Part shown: one piece after another, positions 10,290 to 23,672 of the stretch
Position numbering within the stretch: position 1 is the first letter of the stretch
Layout: each line of letters opens with the position of its first letter
NCBI RefSeq assembly: GCF_030144855.1
Contig: NC_082719.1
Location: forward strand, 88,784,001 to 88,848,000
DNA from: Hypanus sabinus
Taxonomy: Eukaryota
DNA: 64,000 bases
Direction: 5' to 3'
Program-made: the position numbers and the translations under genes
Notes under the pieces: model-generated
The model's database searches: none
Told to the model about the DNA's origin: nothing
What the model saw: only the letters and a program-made list of their open reading frames with translations

Positions 10290-11415
10290 CACTGATTACA
10301 AAATATGATGGTGGCACAAAGAGGTAGAAAAGTAAGAGAAAGCTAAAAAAGTTTAAGATATTTAAGTGCCAGAAAAAATCTAGAAGAGAACTTAATGTAA
10401 GAAAATAAGAAATTGTCCATTTTAATAGAAAAAGTAAAGAAGAAGCATATTTCACAACTACAAACATGTACTTAGAGATTACAGGTCTCTGAATATTAGA
10501 GAATCATGTATCTTGGTACATGATTGTGGAAGGCCAGGACACAGGTAAAGCAAGTAATGTGGAGAACTATAGGGATTTTATCGTGCATTGCTGAGAAACT
10601 GGGCACATATATACAATCTTCTAAAACATTGGTGAAGCCATAGTTGGACCACTGTGTACAATCATAATCATCACACTATAGGAAGCATATGCTTGTGTGC
10701 AGAGGAGAGTCAGCAGGATGGTATAGAATGCCCTAGTTGCAAGAGGAGACTGTATGAGGTGGATTCATTTTTCTTGGAGTTACTGAGGCTGAGGGGGACC
10801 TTATAGAAATGTACACAATCATCAAGGGTAAGGATAAGGTGGACAGTAAGAAACATTTTAGGGGATTTGAGGAAGAACTGATCACCAGAAGAGTGGTCAG
10901 AATCCAGAATGCAGTGCCTGTGGGCTGCTGATGTGTAAATTCACACAACATGTAACAAATATTTAACAGGTTTTTGCGTCACTTATACACTTTGGTCAAA
11001 ACTGAGAGATAAGATTAGTATTATTAGGTGTGTAGGCCTCCATTAGTCTCGATAGACCATGGATTTGTGCCTTGGAAAGTTTCCAGGGCACAAGCCTGGG
11101 CAAGGTTGTATGGAAGACTGACAGTTGCCCAAGCTGCAAGTCTCCCCTCTCCGCACCACCGATATTATCCAGGGGAAGGGCATTAGGACCCATACAGTTT
11201 GGCACCAGTGTCGCCACAGAGCAATGTGTTGTTAAGTGCCTTGCTCAAGGACACATACACAGCCTCAGCCAAGGCTTGAACAAGCCTTAATGATTCATAT
11301 CACTAGATGAATGCCTTAACCACTTGGCCACGTGCCAACACAGTATTATTAGGTACTTGATGGTCAATGTAGAATGACAGGTCAAAGGGGTTGCTCCTGT
11401 GTTGTATTACTCTGA
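10290..11415 (+). mobile_element. Highly degraded CR1 ORF2 3' part and tail (interrupted by a SINE)
   Basis: gaggctgagggggaccttatagaaatgtacacaatcatcaagggt..gataaggtggacag; tail resumes after 11354. Confidence 0.6.
11030..11341 (-). mobile_element. tRNA-head / CORE-like / RTE-derived composite SINE with perfect 13-bp TSD
   Basis: TSD agtattattaggt at 11017-11029 and 11342-11354; A-box tggccaagtggttaagg on minus strand; CORE-like gttaagtgccttgctcaaggacac. Confidence 0.8.
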
Positions 11416-11654
11416 TTTTATTGTATGCATGGAGGTTATGCTTCACTTGTATAAAGCTGTCTGAGAGCGAGGAATGATCCGATGTTTGGATGATTTAAGA
11501 GCCGAGTCAGGTTGTCGGGACAGGAAGCGAGGGATGGGCCAGTTCTGCCTGATTCTTCTCCCTGCTCTGAGATGTTTACTCAGCTCTGCACTGATCTGAG
11601 GCTGTGACTGTATGGTACAGATTAATTTCCTTCAGCACAATAACTACTTTAGCA

Positions 11655-12590
11655 CTAATTATTGATTGATAACTTACCCATGCACATTGATTTGTTGCTG
11701 TCTCTGTGAAGTGAATATACAAGTTAATCTCATCTCCGAGTGCATGCCTTTACTTAGTTGATATGTAGTTGTACAGACACAACAGATAGGTGGTAAGTAT
11801 AAATCTAAAGTTAGTGAATATCACCAACTATACCAATAGTTAAAAGGTGACAGGACTTGGAGGAAAGGAAAGAGATAGCGAAAGGAAATAGTTAATCAGT
11901 ACAGAGAAGGCAGTCACAGATGCTAGCACAAGGATGCATGAGTGACAGTGCCTTAGTTGAGGAAGTTGACAAAGTTGATAGTGCTAATGAGGACTGGGAA
12001 TCATATAATGAGAGGATTGAACTGTGTGTAATGCTATCGATGTGGATCAGGAAAAAAAGTCTCACATTTTTTAGCTTAATCGGTGCTAAAACATAAAATA
12101 TCTTATGATAATTCGTGAAAAGCCAGCAGTCAAGATGTTCAACAAAATTGTTGAAATTTTACAAAATTAGTTGAGCCCCAAACTGCTAGTAATAGCTGAG
12201 GAATTTAGATTTCACAAAAGCAAACAGACAAAGAATGAAAGCACTTCTGAATACATTGCAGTACTGTGCAAACTTTCCTAATACTGTGACTTTCCTAATA
12301 CTGAGATGGAGTTTCTGATGTTTTAAGGGACAGGCTTGTATGTGACATGCATTGTCAAATTGCTCAAAGAGACTATTGTCAGAAAGATGTATTACCTTAG
12401 AACAGGCATTGACCATTGCAATATCAATGAAGATAGCAACAAAAGATGTGTCAGAACTATAAAAGAAAAGTTTAGAATGTGAAACATACCAGATGTCTCT
12501 GAATGGTACAAAAAGCCAAAAATGTTATCAATATGGCAATTCCTCTTATGATACTAATGACTGTTGGTTCAAAGAAAAGTTAGGACATTG
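11655..12590 (+). mobile_element. Gypsy remnant: partial 5' LTR and degraded gag with Cys-knuckle
   Basis: EDWESY.ERIE, SLIGAKT, LSPKLLVIAEEFRFHK, KRLLSE..TLEQALTIAISM and KCYQYGNSSYDTNDCWFKEK across frameshifts; LTR-like end ...acacaaca near 11785. Confidence 0.8.
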
Positions 12591-12774
12591 CTGGGTGGCA
12601 CACCTTGAAAGGCCAGAAGCGACTAGTCCATGCTGTCTCTCAATAAATAAAATAATAAATTTGAATCTTGAATCTTGAATCAAAATCCTCTGATTTGGAA
12701 GCTGATAAAATATCTTCTGAAAGTATTGCACATCCACTAGTTCTGCTTTTTATTCATTACACGTTTTAGAGTCA

Positions 12775-13190
12775 TTCTCCAACAGGACCGTGACCTTGTC
12801 GTTGGGCTTGTGTGCCTCAATAACCCAGAGAGCTATGTTGGCTGGAGTCAGGATTTCATGCTTTGACTCTTGGTAGGGTCACCCATGCCAAACATATCAA
12901 AGGGTAGAGACCAGACTAAGAGTGGTCCACTGGTTCTCCAGATTTGGTGATTCAGCTCAGGGCTAACAACTCTGACCGGTCAAACAAATTGTTATGAAGT
13001 CAGCAATGAAGAACCCTTCTCTATCTGAGTGTGACGGTATGACTGAGTCTCCAATGGGGAACTTATGACTGACAGTAGTGAAAACAGAAAGGAAGCTACC
13101 AACATGATGAAGGAAGCCCTGAACACTACCAGAGATGGAGGATCTTCATTGCACCCCTAATCATCAATGGCATAACGGGCAGTAAATCAG
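12775..13190 (+). mobile_element. RTE-derived bipartite non-autonomous element (5'UTR plus 3' end), copy 1
   Basis: Collinear with 36293-36716; gggtcacccatgccaaac...gggctaacaac; ends gggcagtaa. Confidence 0.65.
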
Positions 13191-14339
13191 TGCGTTAGAG
13201 ACATAGAGTCATAGACTCTAATGTGTGTAATGAGTAAAGGGGAGCTCTTGGATGTGAAATTACTTCTCACAAGAATTTGAATAAATTGGTCAAACATGGA
13301 CATGGCACGTAATGATGGTGAGTGTCAAAGCTGATTTCTCCTTTAAAAGTGCACATTGATTTTGCCTGATTTTCTAAACATTGGCTAATAACCCTGCTAT
13401 CATAGTAACATTTAATATTTCCCTTGACACAATAACATTTGAATTGAAGGAACATTACCTTGCTCTACACATTCCCTCATGTAAGAAGCAGATCAAACAT
13501 CTTTGACAATGAAAATGTACTTTGAACAATTTTCTTCTGCCTCATTCACCAACAGGAGTGGATTACACTGTCATGCATCTGTTTGCTTTGTAACTAAGTT
13601 GCAATTTCACTCAACATTGACTAAAGTGGTGTGAAAATACACCACAAATTGTTGCTTAATTCTGATTTTTCATAGTTCATCCTTCTTCAGTCATGTTTGG
13701 ACGATTTACTTTTAATCATTCGTTGGTTTGCTTTATCATTTAAATTCATATTAAATATTGAATTCCGTTGTAACACATTCTTAATGTCTTGTGCAGTTCT
13801 AGCTTAGTGAAAAATCAAACATAAGTTGAAATGAAAGACGTACTGTAAGTTGTGAGGTTACTGAGTACAGAGTGTAGCCAGATTCTGTGCAACGTTATCT
13901 GGTGGAATGAGACCCGTCCCTATAAAGTAGGTCGCTTTATGGCCCAGAACTTACTATGGGTCTGTGGCCTTGACCAATAACTTCCACTTTCTGAGCGAAA
14001 CAACATTCTTCCTATCTTCTGATCTGCCAGTTACCATCTTCTTTCTGATTTTCATCCTCCCTCCCACTGAAGCATCCCCCTCTTACCCCAGCAATCAATT
14101 CTCAACTGTAATTCTCCATTGAAATCCTTGCACAAGTACCCTTCCACTCTCTGACCTTGAATCCCTCTCCTAGTGCCTTGGTTTTAACTCTATCAACTCT
14201 CAGCCAAACTCTTGTCTATTCCCCTCTTGTTTTCTGAACCTTGGACTCCTCTACCCTTTGAGTCTTCCAATGACTCAGGTTGAGCCTACCTGATATTCTT
14301 TCAAACCTGGAAAGCCTACAGCACAATTACAGGCACTTT

Positions 14340-14510
14340 GCCCCACAAAACTTTGTTGGACAGGTCCTTACTTTAGAAATTACCTAGGGTTACCCATAGC
14401 CCTCTATTTTTCTAAGGTCTATGTATCTACCCAGGAGTCTGTTAAAAGGCCCTATCATATTCACCTCCACCATTGTTGCCGACAGCCCATTCCATGCACT
14501 CACTGTTCTC
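14340..14510 (-). mobile_element. CR1 3' fragment
   Basis: ttacccatagccctctatttttctaag... matches 37980-38100. Confidence 0.7.
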
Positions 14511-14709
14511 TACATTTACTTTCTGGAATAGTGAAGCTCCTGATACCTTGTTAAAGGTCTGTATCTCTCTCTGCTATTGTTTGGGCCTCATTTTACTTTA
14601 AATTTTCAGCATCAAGCCTTGAGCAGAACATTTATTGATGTACCACATATTTTAATTTGTTTTTGCTAGCATTGGGCATATGGGCTGTCCAAGGAAAATT
14701 AGCACCTTT

Positions 14710-15100
14710 GGTATAGGGGTTGACATGTCTATTCTGGGCAGCTCACTCACCTTTGATCCCTGCTGGACACTCAGCTCTCACCTGTGGCTCCAAGTAGCTG
14801 ATTGCATGCAGCTTGGACACTCGCCAGTATCTTGACAGGCAGGCTAAGCCAGACAAGAGTAGCTGGCAGGTCTCATACTCTGGTGAGATAGGGTCAAGTG
14901 TGTCGTAACATGCCAAGTCAGCTCTGGAAGACTGGGCTGACAAGATTAACAGTGAGATGTAACGGGCAGAAAGTCAGGTCTGCAATGTTTTGTGGAGAGT
15001 GAAGGGCATGACAAGGCACAGACTAAGTCATAGTTATCCATAACGAAGATCTCAGTTGTACGACCTCTTGTGCCACTCACTGAACCTACACTTCTGAGGA
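14710..15100 (+). mobile_element. RTE-like 5'UTR-derived repeat
   Basis: cagctctcacctgtggctccaagtagctg...gaagggcatgacaaggcacag pattern; family assignment tentative. Confidence 0.35.
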
Positions 15101-15189
15101 CAACAGATCACAAGCATCATTTAACATTGCAGATTTTCTCTGGTGTTAATGAAGGAAAATATAGTAGTGTGATCACTTGAGTGAGTGTG

Positions 15190-15520
15190 ATGTTCTTCTA
15201 AGATGTTGTCTATTGGTGGATCCTCAGTTAGCTGTAGAGACTGATCAGCCAATAGACAACCCCTCAGGAGAATGTATTCTGGTGCAGTATGAGCAAGAGT
15301 AAGTGGTAGTTGGGGTTAGTGGTTGGGTGATTTGTTTGTTCAGTACTTCCTTTTGCAGCAGCTGCTTGTTCTCTGCAGCACAGTGAAGGTCGTTCTCATG
15401 TAGCCCTTTTGAATAGATTTCCTCCAGGTGCATCTATTGAGTGCAATGCCTTCCCAGTTTGTCGATGCAATGTTAAATTTCTTCAGACTGGTTTTGAAGT
15501 TATCTTTGAAAAAATTATAC
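15190..15520 (-). mobile_element. RTE (BovB-like) LINE 3' fragment
   Basis: FKDNFKTSLKKFNIASTNWEGIALNRCTWRKSIQKG followed by CSYCTR zinc-finger remnant. Confidence 0.75.
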
Positions 15521-18344
15521 GTACATCCTATTCCACAAATCTTGAACATACAGAATGAATGGAGTTGAATGATGTGATTTTCCTGAAGTAGATGAGTTGT
15601 GAAATTAGTACTTGTGTTCAGACATAGTTTCCTTGGGATACAAGTCTACATGTGTTTAAGCCTGGATTACTGTCTTAACATCTGCAGTTCCTTCCTCTGT
15701 TACTTTAGTACAGATGAGGTTTTGCTTAAGAGAAATAAATTTATGTTACTGTTGAAAAAAGCAGAACAAAAAATGAGTGCATTAAACATCTGTTGACTTG
15801 TATATCAAGGACCATGAAGTTTTAATCAATGCCTTTTCAATAGACAGAAATTTTAAAGAAAGATAATGTTGACATTTCCTCTTGTTGAAATATGTCCTGC
15901 CAAACTTACCTTATACTGCATACCTTATTACAGTAAATATTATTCAAGTCCTTTTTAAACTTTAATATAGCCAACAGAGCATTACAATGATAAGTAAAAT
16001 AATAATGCTTTCTAATCCTTACAGATTTATTATTATAAACCTGACTGAAAACAGATAGATGTTTGGGCATCCTACATATTTAGTTTCCTAGATGTTCTTC
16101 AATGGCCCTGCATTGGGTTCTTAATGGAAATATGTTCCAGGCCAGACTTGTTACGAGAACACAACCTGAAATCATTTGACTGGAAGAGTTTGAAGTTCAA
16201 AGTTCAAAGTGAACTTAATATCAAAATATGTATGTCACAATATACTACCCTGAGATTCATTTTCTACTGAGTATTCACAATAGAACAAAGGAATACAAAA
16301 GACAGCACAGTGAGAGGTTACATCTATTTTTGATTAATTTTGTGCATGTGAAAAAATATTACTCATTTAGAAAGTATTTGTAAGTTTTTTATTTCATGGT
16401 TGGATGCAAAATGCTCCACATGTTGCAGAGAGTAGTTTGTTTGTTAGAGCCTCAACCCAGAAATATCACTGGGTCATCATATCACTTTGCGTATTAATTA
16501 AGCAAACTGAGATTTATTGATGATTGGTATTATTTTTGCACATTATTATACAAAGAGTCAAATTGGTTATTACAGGATCAGCAAAATTTCTAACACATTT
16601 TTCCAACGCTGCAAGTAAGGTCGGGTTCAAAGGCTATAGACAGCCTTCAGAAGTGATGTAGCAAAGCCCAAGGATTATTCTTGACTGAAATTGGGGTGTA
16701 ATAAATGCCTCATAGTTCAGTCATATAACACCTTTCAATCTGTTATTTTTCATCACAACAATATTGTGACCTCTAAAGTAACCCTCAAAACAAGCTTAGA
16801 CTGGTGCTACATTTCAAAATTTTACAAGAAAAATAACTCAATGTTGAAAGGATTTTGATTTGACAGTACAAAGCCCAGACTCAAAATTTTGACAAATCCC
16901 ATCTTCTACTATGAAGAAAAACAAATATTGATCCTAAACACACCTAATTCATCTCTGCACATGTAATCCCAAATGAAAATGCCCGAGATGACCAGAGGAC
17001 GTTCAATATTTTTCCCATCTTGTAAAATCAACATCAGTTGCATTGTATATCTCCACATGCTATGAGTCATTCAACAAACTAAGTCTTGTTTTTTTTTGCA
17101 CTATGTGATAGATATTAGTCAGTTGATGTGGTTAATTAAACAATGTCACAGACAAACTGATTGATGAGACACCCTTTGAGTGCTGCAATTTTTTTGCTCT
17201 TGGTAAGGAAACATCAATGAACTTCTGACCCTGCACATTAATATTGTGTTCCAGTTGGCAGAATAATAATCTGTTTAAATTAGTTTACAGCAATCCAATT
17301 TAATAACCATTGAAAGATCTCAACTAAAGAACATGATGTTAACACTATTATGACTACACTGCAGTAAATGGTACAGATAGAACAACCTGATGATTACTTG
17401 GGTATCTTTTAGATTTATGGCTTTGCAGCAACAAAGTGCTTTTATACATCAAAGGAAAAAAAGTATTGACACTACATTTGTGTCAACCGTTACAATAAAT
17501 ATGTTTAAATATAATATTTTCTGTCTAAAGCAACTCAGATGAATAATTTTAATTTTAGATATAATAACAGAAAAAATAATCCCTTGACCAGTTCTTGATT
17601 GTTAAGAGAGCTTCATTTCTTGGTAACTGCTTAACTCAGCACTTATGCAAACAAAACAATTTTTTTTCCATTTCGTACTTTATATTGAGTATTTTGCTTG
17701 TTTCTTTGTTGCCATTTGGGCAATTTATATATTTTTTTATCATGAAGGTCTTGATTTTTTTTCTTTGAACAGGTTTCTTTTTTGATGTTTTGTGGCTGTC
17801 TGTGGAGAAGACAAATCTCAGGGTTGTATACTACACACATAATTTAATAAAATGGAATGTGGAATCTTTGAATCTTTGGTAGTTTTAAACTAAATAATTG
17901 CAGCATATTACAGAGGTATGTGGGAGAAATTGTTATGAACTTTCATTTAGATTAAATCCCAGATGTAATCTTTTATGCAAATAATTAGTTTGCCATAGAT
18001 TCTACAGGTAGTGACTTTTGAAGTCTTGAATGCCCACAAAAATCTATTACAAAATTGCTAACCAATTTTAATTGCTGTGGTACAAGTTATAGTTGCTGAA
18101 GAACAAGTAGGTGTCTCAGTTTTCACTTAACATGAAGTGGAGCCAGGAAAAGATGTTCCATATTTGATCTTTTAACCTATCAATCTACTTAAGAAAGGGG
18201 ACAGAGAGAAACAAGAAAAATACAGACCTAATGAGAAACACTGCAAAAAGTAGAAATCTGAACTGAGAATAGAAAATGCTGGGAATACTCAACAGGGGTG
18301 CCAATACCTCTGGATAGTGAAACAAAACCAATATTCCAAGTTGA

Positions 18345-18605
18345 TAAACACAAGAGATTCTCAGCTGCTGCATTCACAAAATGCTGGAGGAACTCAGTAA
18401 TTCAGGCATCCTTCCCTCCACCTGGTCTCACCTATGACCACCTAGTTTATACTCTTTCCTCTCTCCCCTGAACCCCACCTTCTTATTCAGGCTTTTGCCC
18501 CCTTCTGTTCTAGTCCTGATGAAGGGTCTCAGCATGAAGTATCAACTGTTTGTTCCCCTCCCTAGATGCTGCCTGACACGCTGAGTTCCTCCAGCAAATT
18601 GCGCG
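18345..18605. mobile_element. Degenerate PLE with inverted pLTR piece, spacer and pLTR
   Basis: cacaaaatgctggaggaactcag followed by tagtcctgatgaagggtctc...gctgagttcctccagca. Confidence 0.75.
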
Positions 18606-18979
18606 TATTTTAATTTGAAGATTTTTCATGCGACATCATCAGTACAGAATTAATGACCAATTGATCTAATATCTTCTGTAGTTACTGAAATCCATATTTA
18701 AGGACAGTGACACCTAATACTTTGATGCATTCCAGTTGTTCTGAGTGAGCCTGAGTGGATTGATAAAGTTTGTTGATACCTGATGAATTTGATTCAATGT
18801 TGATTTATCGTGGCAGTGTTAACAGCACCCATCGAGAATGGGTATTGTTAGCACGACCAGCATTTATTGCCTATCCCGAAACATCCTTGAAAGGCTGGTG
18901 ATAAGCTTCTGTTCTGGACTACAACTGGCTGCTGTTAGATAGTGATTTCTCAGATATCGACATGCTGTTGATGGTCGTG

Positions 18980-19340
18980 TATTCCCAAATCAGTATAAAG
19001 CACAATTTAGAAGAAGCGACTAAATTAATGGATAGTGAAATGTCAATGGATGTTATTTATATGGTGTTCCAAATGTCATTCATTAAATTTTCACATAAAG
19101 AAATATTAGTTAAAATTAAAGCTTACAGAACTGAGGACGAATTATTGACTTGTGATGGAAATTGACAGAGTGGTAGGAGACTTACATTAGAGAAAATGAA
19201 CTGTTACTGAATTTGGTGAGATCTAATTACAGGTTTCCCACAAGAAAGGGTCTATGTTGCAGTCTCAAATATTCACTGCTCTTATTTAAAAGTTTAGATG
19301 ATGGGATAAAGGATGATATATCCAACTTTGCCTTATAGCA
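18980..19340 (+). mobile_element. Old CR1 RT fragment
   Basis: LEEATKLMDSEMSMDVIYMVFQMSFIKFSHKEILVKIKAY resembles CR1 RT ..VDVVYLDFQKAFDKVPH.RL..K. Confidence 0.65.
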
Positions 19341-19744
19341 CCTAGAGACAACATTGAAAACAATAATAGCTTAAAAGTATTTTAAAACTTTCAATCATAG
19401 AATGTAGAGAGCTGACAAGCAATTCAAGAAAGAAGAGCAAATGGAAAAGTTTGAAATGCTGAATCTGAAAGACTGTCTGCTGTGCTGTAACAGCTAAAGG
19501 AGGCAAGTTGTGGGAGAATACATATTTACTGGTAATCCACAGATAAGGAAATGTTTTCACAGGCAGTAACTCAATGCAGAGAACATCATATCCTTACAGT
19601 TCTAATGAAAACAAAAATGTTGACAAAGTGGTAGCTGTGAGCAGATAAAATGTTTTTCACTTATTGTATAACTATTTCAGATTGAAATGCTGGTATAATT
19701 CATGGTTGCTTCAGATCAAGTCTACAGCATTCTGACTGGAAAGA

Positions 19745-21760
19745 ATGAATAGCCAGAAGTCATGGTACATATTGGTACCAATGACATAGGTAGGAAAACA
19801 GAGGAGATGCTGAATAGAGAATATAGGGAGTTAGGTAGAAAACTGAAAAAACAGGTACTCCAGGGTAGTAATCTCTGGATTGCTGCCTGTGCCATACTCC
19901 AGTAAGGGTAAGAATAGGATGCTTAGGCAAATTAATGTGTGTCAGAGGAATTGGTGCATGGGATAGGGGTTCAGATTTCTGGGTCATTGGAATCAATTCT
20001 AGGAAGGTTTAACCTGTACAAATAGGACGGTTTACACCTGAACCTGAGGGAACTAATATCTTTGCACGATAATTTTCCTGAGCTGTTGGAGATGATTAAA
20101 ACTAATTTGGCAGGAGGTTCAGAATTGGAGTGATAGATCTGAAGATGGGGCATGCAGATGCCGTATGTGGTAAGACTGTGAGGAAGTACAGGCAGATGAT
20201 AGGGCAAAATTTCAGTCAGTGGGATGAATTGCATTGTAATATGAGGGTAAAAATTATAAATGATGAGTAATACTGGACCGAAGGTGAAAGCATGCAGTAA
20301 ATAGAATAAGATAGATGATCTTGTCATGCAGTTCGAGATTACATGTGACATGGGTATCATTGAGTCTCTGCTGAAAGAAAATCATTGTTGGGAGCTTAAC
20401 ATCCAAGAATACTGTACAAGTTGTATCAAAAAGAGAGTCAAGGGGGTAGAGAGAGTGAGGTGGCTCTGTTGGTAAAAAAATGAAATCAAATCCTTAGAAA
20501 GAGGCAACATAGGATCAGAAGATCCTTGTGCGTGGAGTTAAGAAATTACAAGGGTAAAATAACCTTGATGGGAGTTATAAACAGGATTCTGAATGGTAGC
20601 CTAAAGGTGATAGAAAAGGGAATGTAAAAAAAACGTAATGTTACGTTAGTGATGGTGGATTTCAATATGCAGGTAGATTGGGAAAATCAGGTTGGTGGTC
20701 GATGCCAATAGAATTAATCTGTAGAATGGCTATGAAGTAGCTTTTTAGACCATCTTGTGGTCAAGCCTAATGGGAGAAAGGTAATTCAGGATTGGGTGTT
20801 GTGTAGTAAACCAGATCTGATTAGGAAGCTTAAGGTAACTACTACTAGTACTACTACTATGTCCACTCAGGCCTAGGGGGCCGGCGTCGGGCATGATGAT
20901 GGACTTTCCACTCCTCCCTCTCCCTCATCAGTGTGTTCAGTTCATCTACATTAGCCATGCCGCTATCTTCTAGGAGAGGGTTGACTATAGTCTTCGGAGG
21001 GCGCCCAGGGTTCATCCTCCCATGCTTGTGCTCCCATGCGATTACTAGGCTGGCAGGTAGCTCAGGGTGGTGTAGACAGTGCCCCGCTAATTGCAGTTTT
21101 CTCACCTCGATTTTAGTAGTGAGTATTGGTAGGTCGTCATAAAGCTCGACGTTCGTCATGTACTGTTGCCAATTCACGTCAAGAAATATCTGGAGCATTT
21201 GTTTATAGCAACCATCTAGAGACTTTCACATGGTCTTGGTGAGTGTCCATGTGTTGCGTCCTTACGTGAGAATGGACTCTATGATTGCTATGAAGATCCT
21301 CTTTTTGAGCTCTCTGGTCAGGTTCGACCTCCAGATTTCCTTCGTGTCATTCATTGCCCTCCACGCCAGTGCCTTCCGTTTCTTTATGACCTTCTCCGAA
21401 CTCATCATTCTTGACCCGAGGTACTTGAAGTCTAAGACTTTCTTAATGGTATCATTCTTTACAGTCTTGAGAGTACCTTTATCGCAGATGAACACCATGT
21501 ACTCTGTCTTTTTAGCGTTTAGGTGAAGTCCAACTTTATTGCACTAAGGTAAAGGAACCCTTAAGAGACAGAGGTTATAAAATGATAGAAATCACCCTGC
21601 AGTTTGAGAAGGAGAAGATAAAGTTAGATGTATGAATATTACAATAGAGTAAAAGGAATTACAGAGGCATGAGGGAGAAGCTAGCCAAACTTGATAGGAA
21701 GGGGATACCAGCAGGGATGACAGCAGAACAGCAATGGCGGGAATTTCTGGGGGCAATTAA
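19745..21760 (+). mobile_element. Degraded CR1 (ORF1 esterase and APE endonuclease), interrupted by an RTE
   Basis: VHIGTNDIGR (SGNH block III) and APE-region similarity to 33130-33930; sequence resumes after the TSD at 21545. Confidence 0.8.
20839..21544 (-). mobile_element. 5'-truncated RTE-clade LINE with (TAG)n tail and 8-bp TSD
   Basis: FKYLGS, KKRIFIAIIESIL, LQLAGHCLHHPE, GRMNPGRPPKT motifs; TSD taaggtaa at 20831-20838 and 21545-21552. Confidence 0.9.
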
Positions 21761-22084
21761 GGACAACTGAGCATGGACAAATAAGGCTAATTTGTGTTAT
21801 GCTAACTTTATCAGCACAGAATATCATTTAACACATGTAGGTATTAAAATTTATACAGGAAAACTATGGAACATGTATTTTAATGTAGGTTGGTGCATGG
21901 TCTTCACAGTTGTCAGGCCAGAAATAGACAGGAGATCCTGTAGATGCTGAAAATTCAGAGTAACAGATAAGAGTGATTGCTAAGTGATAACCAGTTTGAA
22001 GCAGTCTTGTTTCAAAGAGACAAAATGGCCATAATACTTTGATCACTGAAATGTCGTGGACAGTATAATAAGGTTAGCTAAATT

Positions 22085-22672
22085 CTTGTCATTCTGGGGA
22101 GATGAAAAATCTTGCTGAGTGGTGCCATAACAACAACCTATTACAGCGTTGTTGCAGGAAAGATGCATCCTTCATCAGGGTCTCCCACCACGCAGGTCAT
22201 GCTCTCTTCTCACTGCTGTCATCAGGAAGAAGGTACTGAAGCCTCAGGACTGACATCACCAGGTTCCAGAACAGTTATACCCCCTCAGCCATCAGGCTCT
22301 TGAACCAAAGAGGATAACTTCACTCAATGTCACTTGCGATCATTGAAATGTTCCTACTACCTGTAGCCTCACTTTCAAGGACTCTTTATCTCATGTTCTT
22401 ACTCTTTATTGCTTGCTTGCTTATGTATTTATTTATTTATCTATCTATCTATTAATTATTATTATTATTATTATTTCTTTCTTCTTGTACTTGCACAGTT
22501 TGCTGTCTTTGGCATACTAGTTGAATGTCCAAGTTAATGCAGTCTTACATTGATTTTATTATGGTTATTATTCTATTATGAAGTTATTGAGCATGTCCAT
22601 AAGAAAATGAATCTCACAGTTGTGTATGACATATATTTAATTTGGTAATAAATTTATTTTGAACTTTTGAAT
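22085..22672 (+). mobile_element. Rex1/Babar 3' fragment with AT-rich 3'UTR and tail
   Basis: catgctctcttctcactgctgtcatcaggaagaaggtac...aggttccagaacagtt; tail aataaatttattttgaac. Confidence 0.75.
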
Positions 22673-23630
22673 ATTAAAAGGTATAAGGTAGTAGTCATGG
22701 TAGAGCTACTCGAAGCAATTCTCTGTTCTCCACAGAGGATACTACACATCTTAAGGATGATATATTGGCCTTGTATAGATTGAAAACTGGTTTTGCTATT
22801 TTGGTAAATAAATTCCAAGAAATAAATTTCAAAATGCTAACAGCAAGACAAGGATTACATTTATTGACATTTAAAATACTGAGGAATGAAGTTTCAGTCT
22901 TGTCATCAGAACTGACTGCATGGACAAACAGAAATTACTTTCATTAGCTGTAGTAATTTTAAAAATCTTTTCAAGTAAATATATGATCAAAGTACATATG
23001 TGTCACTATACACAAGCCTGAGATTCATTTTCTTCACGAGTAAGAAAATGCTTCACCAAGTAAATTACAATAGCACCTCTAACTCTTATATTACTGGCAA
23101 TCAATGCCAATTCCCAGCATTGAATCTGAATTTGAAACTATCCTGAAAATCAAAGATAGCCTATTTTTGCTTATAGCTTTTTGAGGATTGCACTCTAGTA
23201 CTCCAGCCTGTTGCCAGCTCACAGCTGCTCACCTTTCTTTTTACATTAGTTCTCAAAAGATATATCACTGGTTTCATGCTGGCCAAGAGTTATATAAGGT
23301 CACAGCTCATTTCTTTTATAGTAAGTTTCAGCTTCCCAAATTCATTGTGAAGAAGCACATTCTTCCTGCATATTTCTGTGATTAAAAACAATACTCGGGT
23401 TATTGAGACAGCTGGCACAGCATTAAATCCTATTTTGTTGTTCATTGCAACAATTTCACTTATGAAATTAAAAATATTACATTTTACCAAATATTTAATA
23501 AATCCTATGTACCAATAAATACTATCTAAATAGTAAGATGGAGTTGTTGTATTTAATAAAACAATTCCATCAGTTAACATAAAATGCTGGTGGAACACAG
23601 CAGGCCAGGCAGCATCTAAGGAAGAGGCAC

Positions 23631-23666
23631 AGTCGACGTTTCAGGCCGAGACTCTTCATCAGGGCT
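23631..23666 (-). ncRNA. Minimal hammerhead ribozyme (minus strand)
   Basis: AGCC-CUGAUGA-AGAGUCUCGGCCU-GAAA-CGUC^GACU; core intact, one mismatch in stem I. Confidence 0.7.
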
Positions 23667-23672
23667 AGAGTT

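Noticed and set aside
11678-11703. Apparent 26-nt minus-strand micro-exon (cacag...gtaagt), in phase with the 7053-7137 candidate
   Set aside because: Lies inside Gypsy LTR sequence also present at 8200-8250, where the donor is absent; most likely a chance site.
15910-16170. Several splice-like motifs on the minus strand
   Set aside because: No phase-consistent open exon with recognisable product; AT-rich chance motifs.
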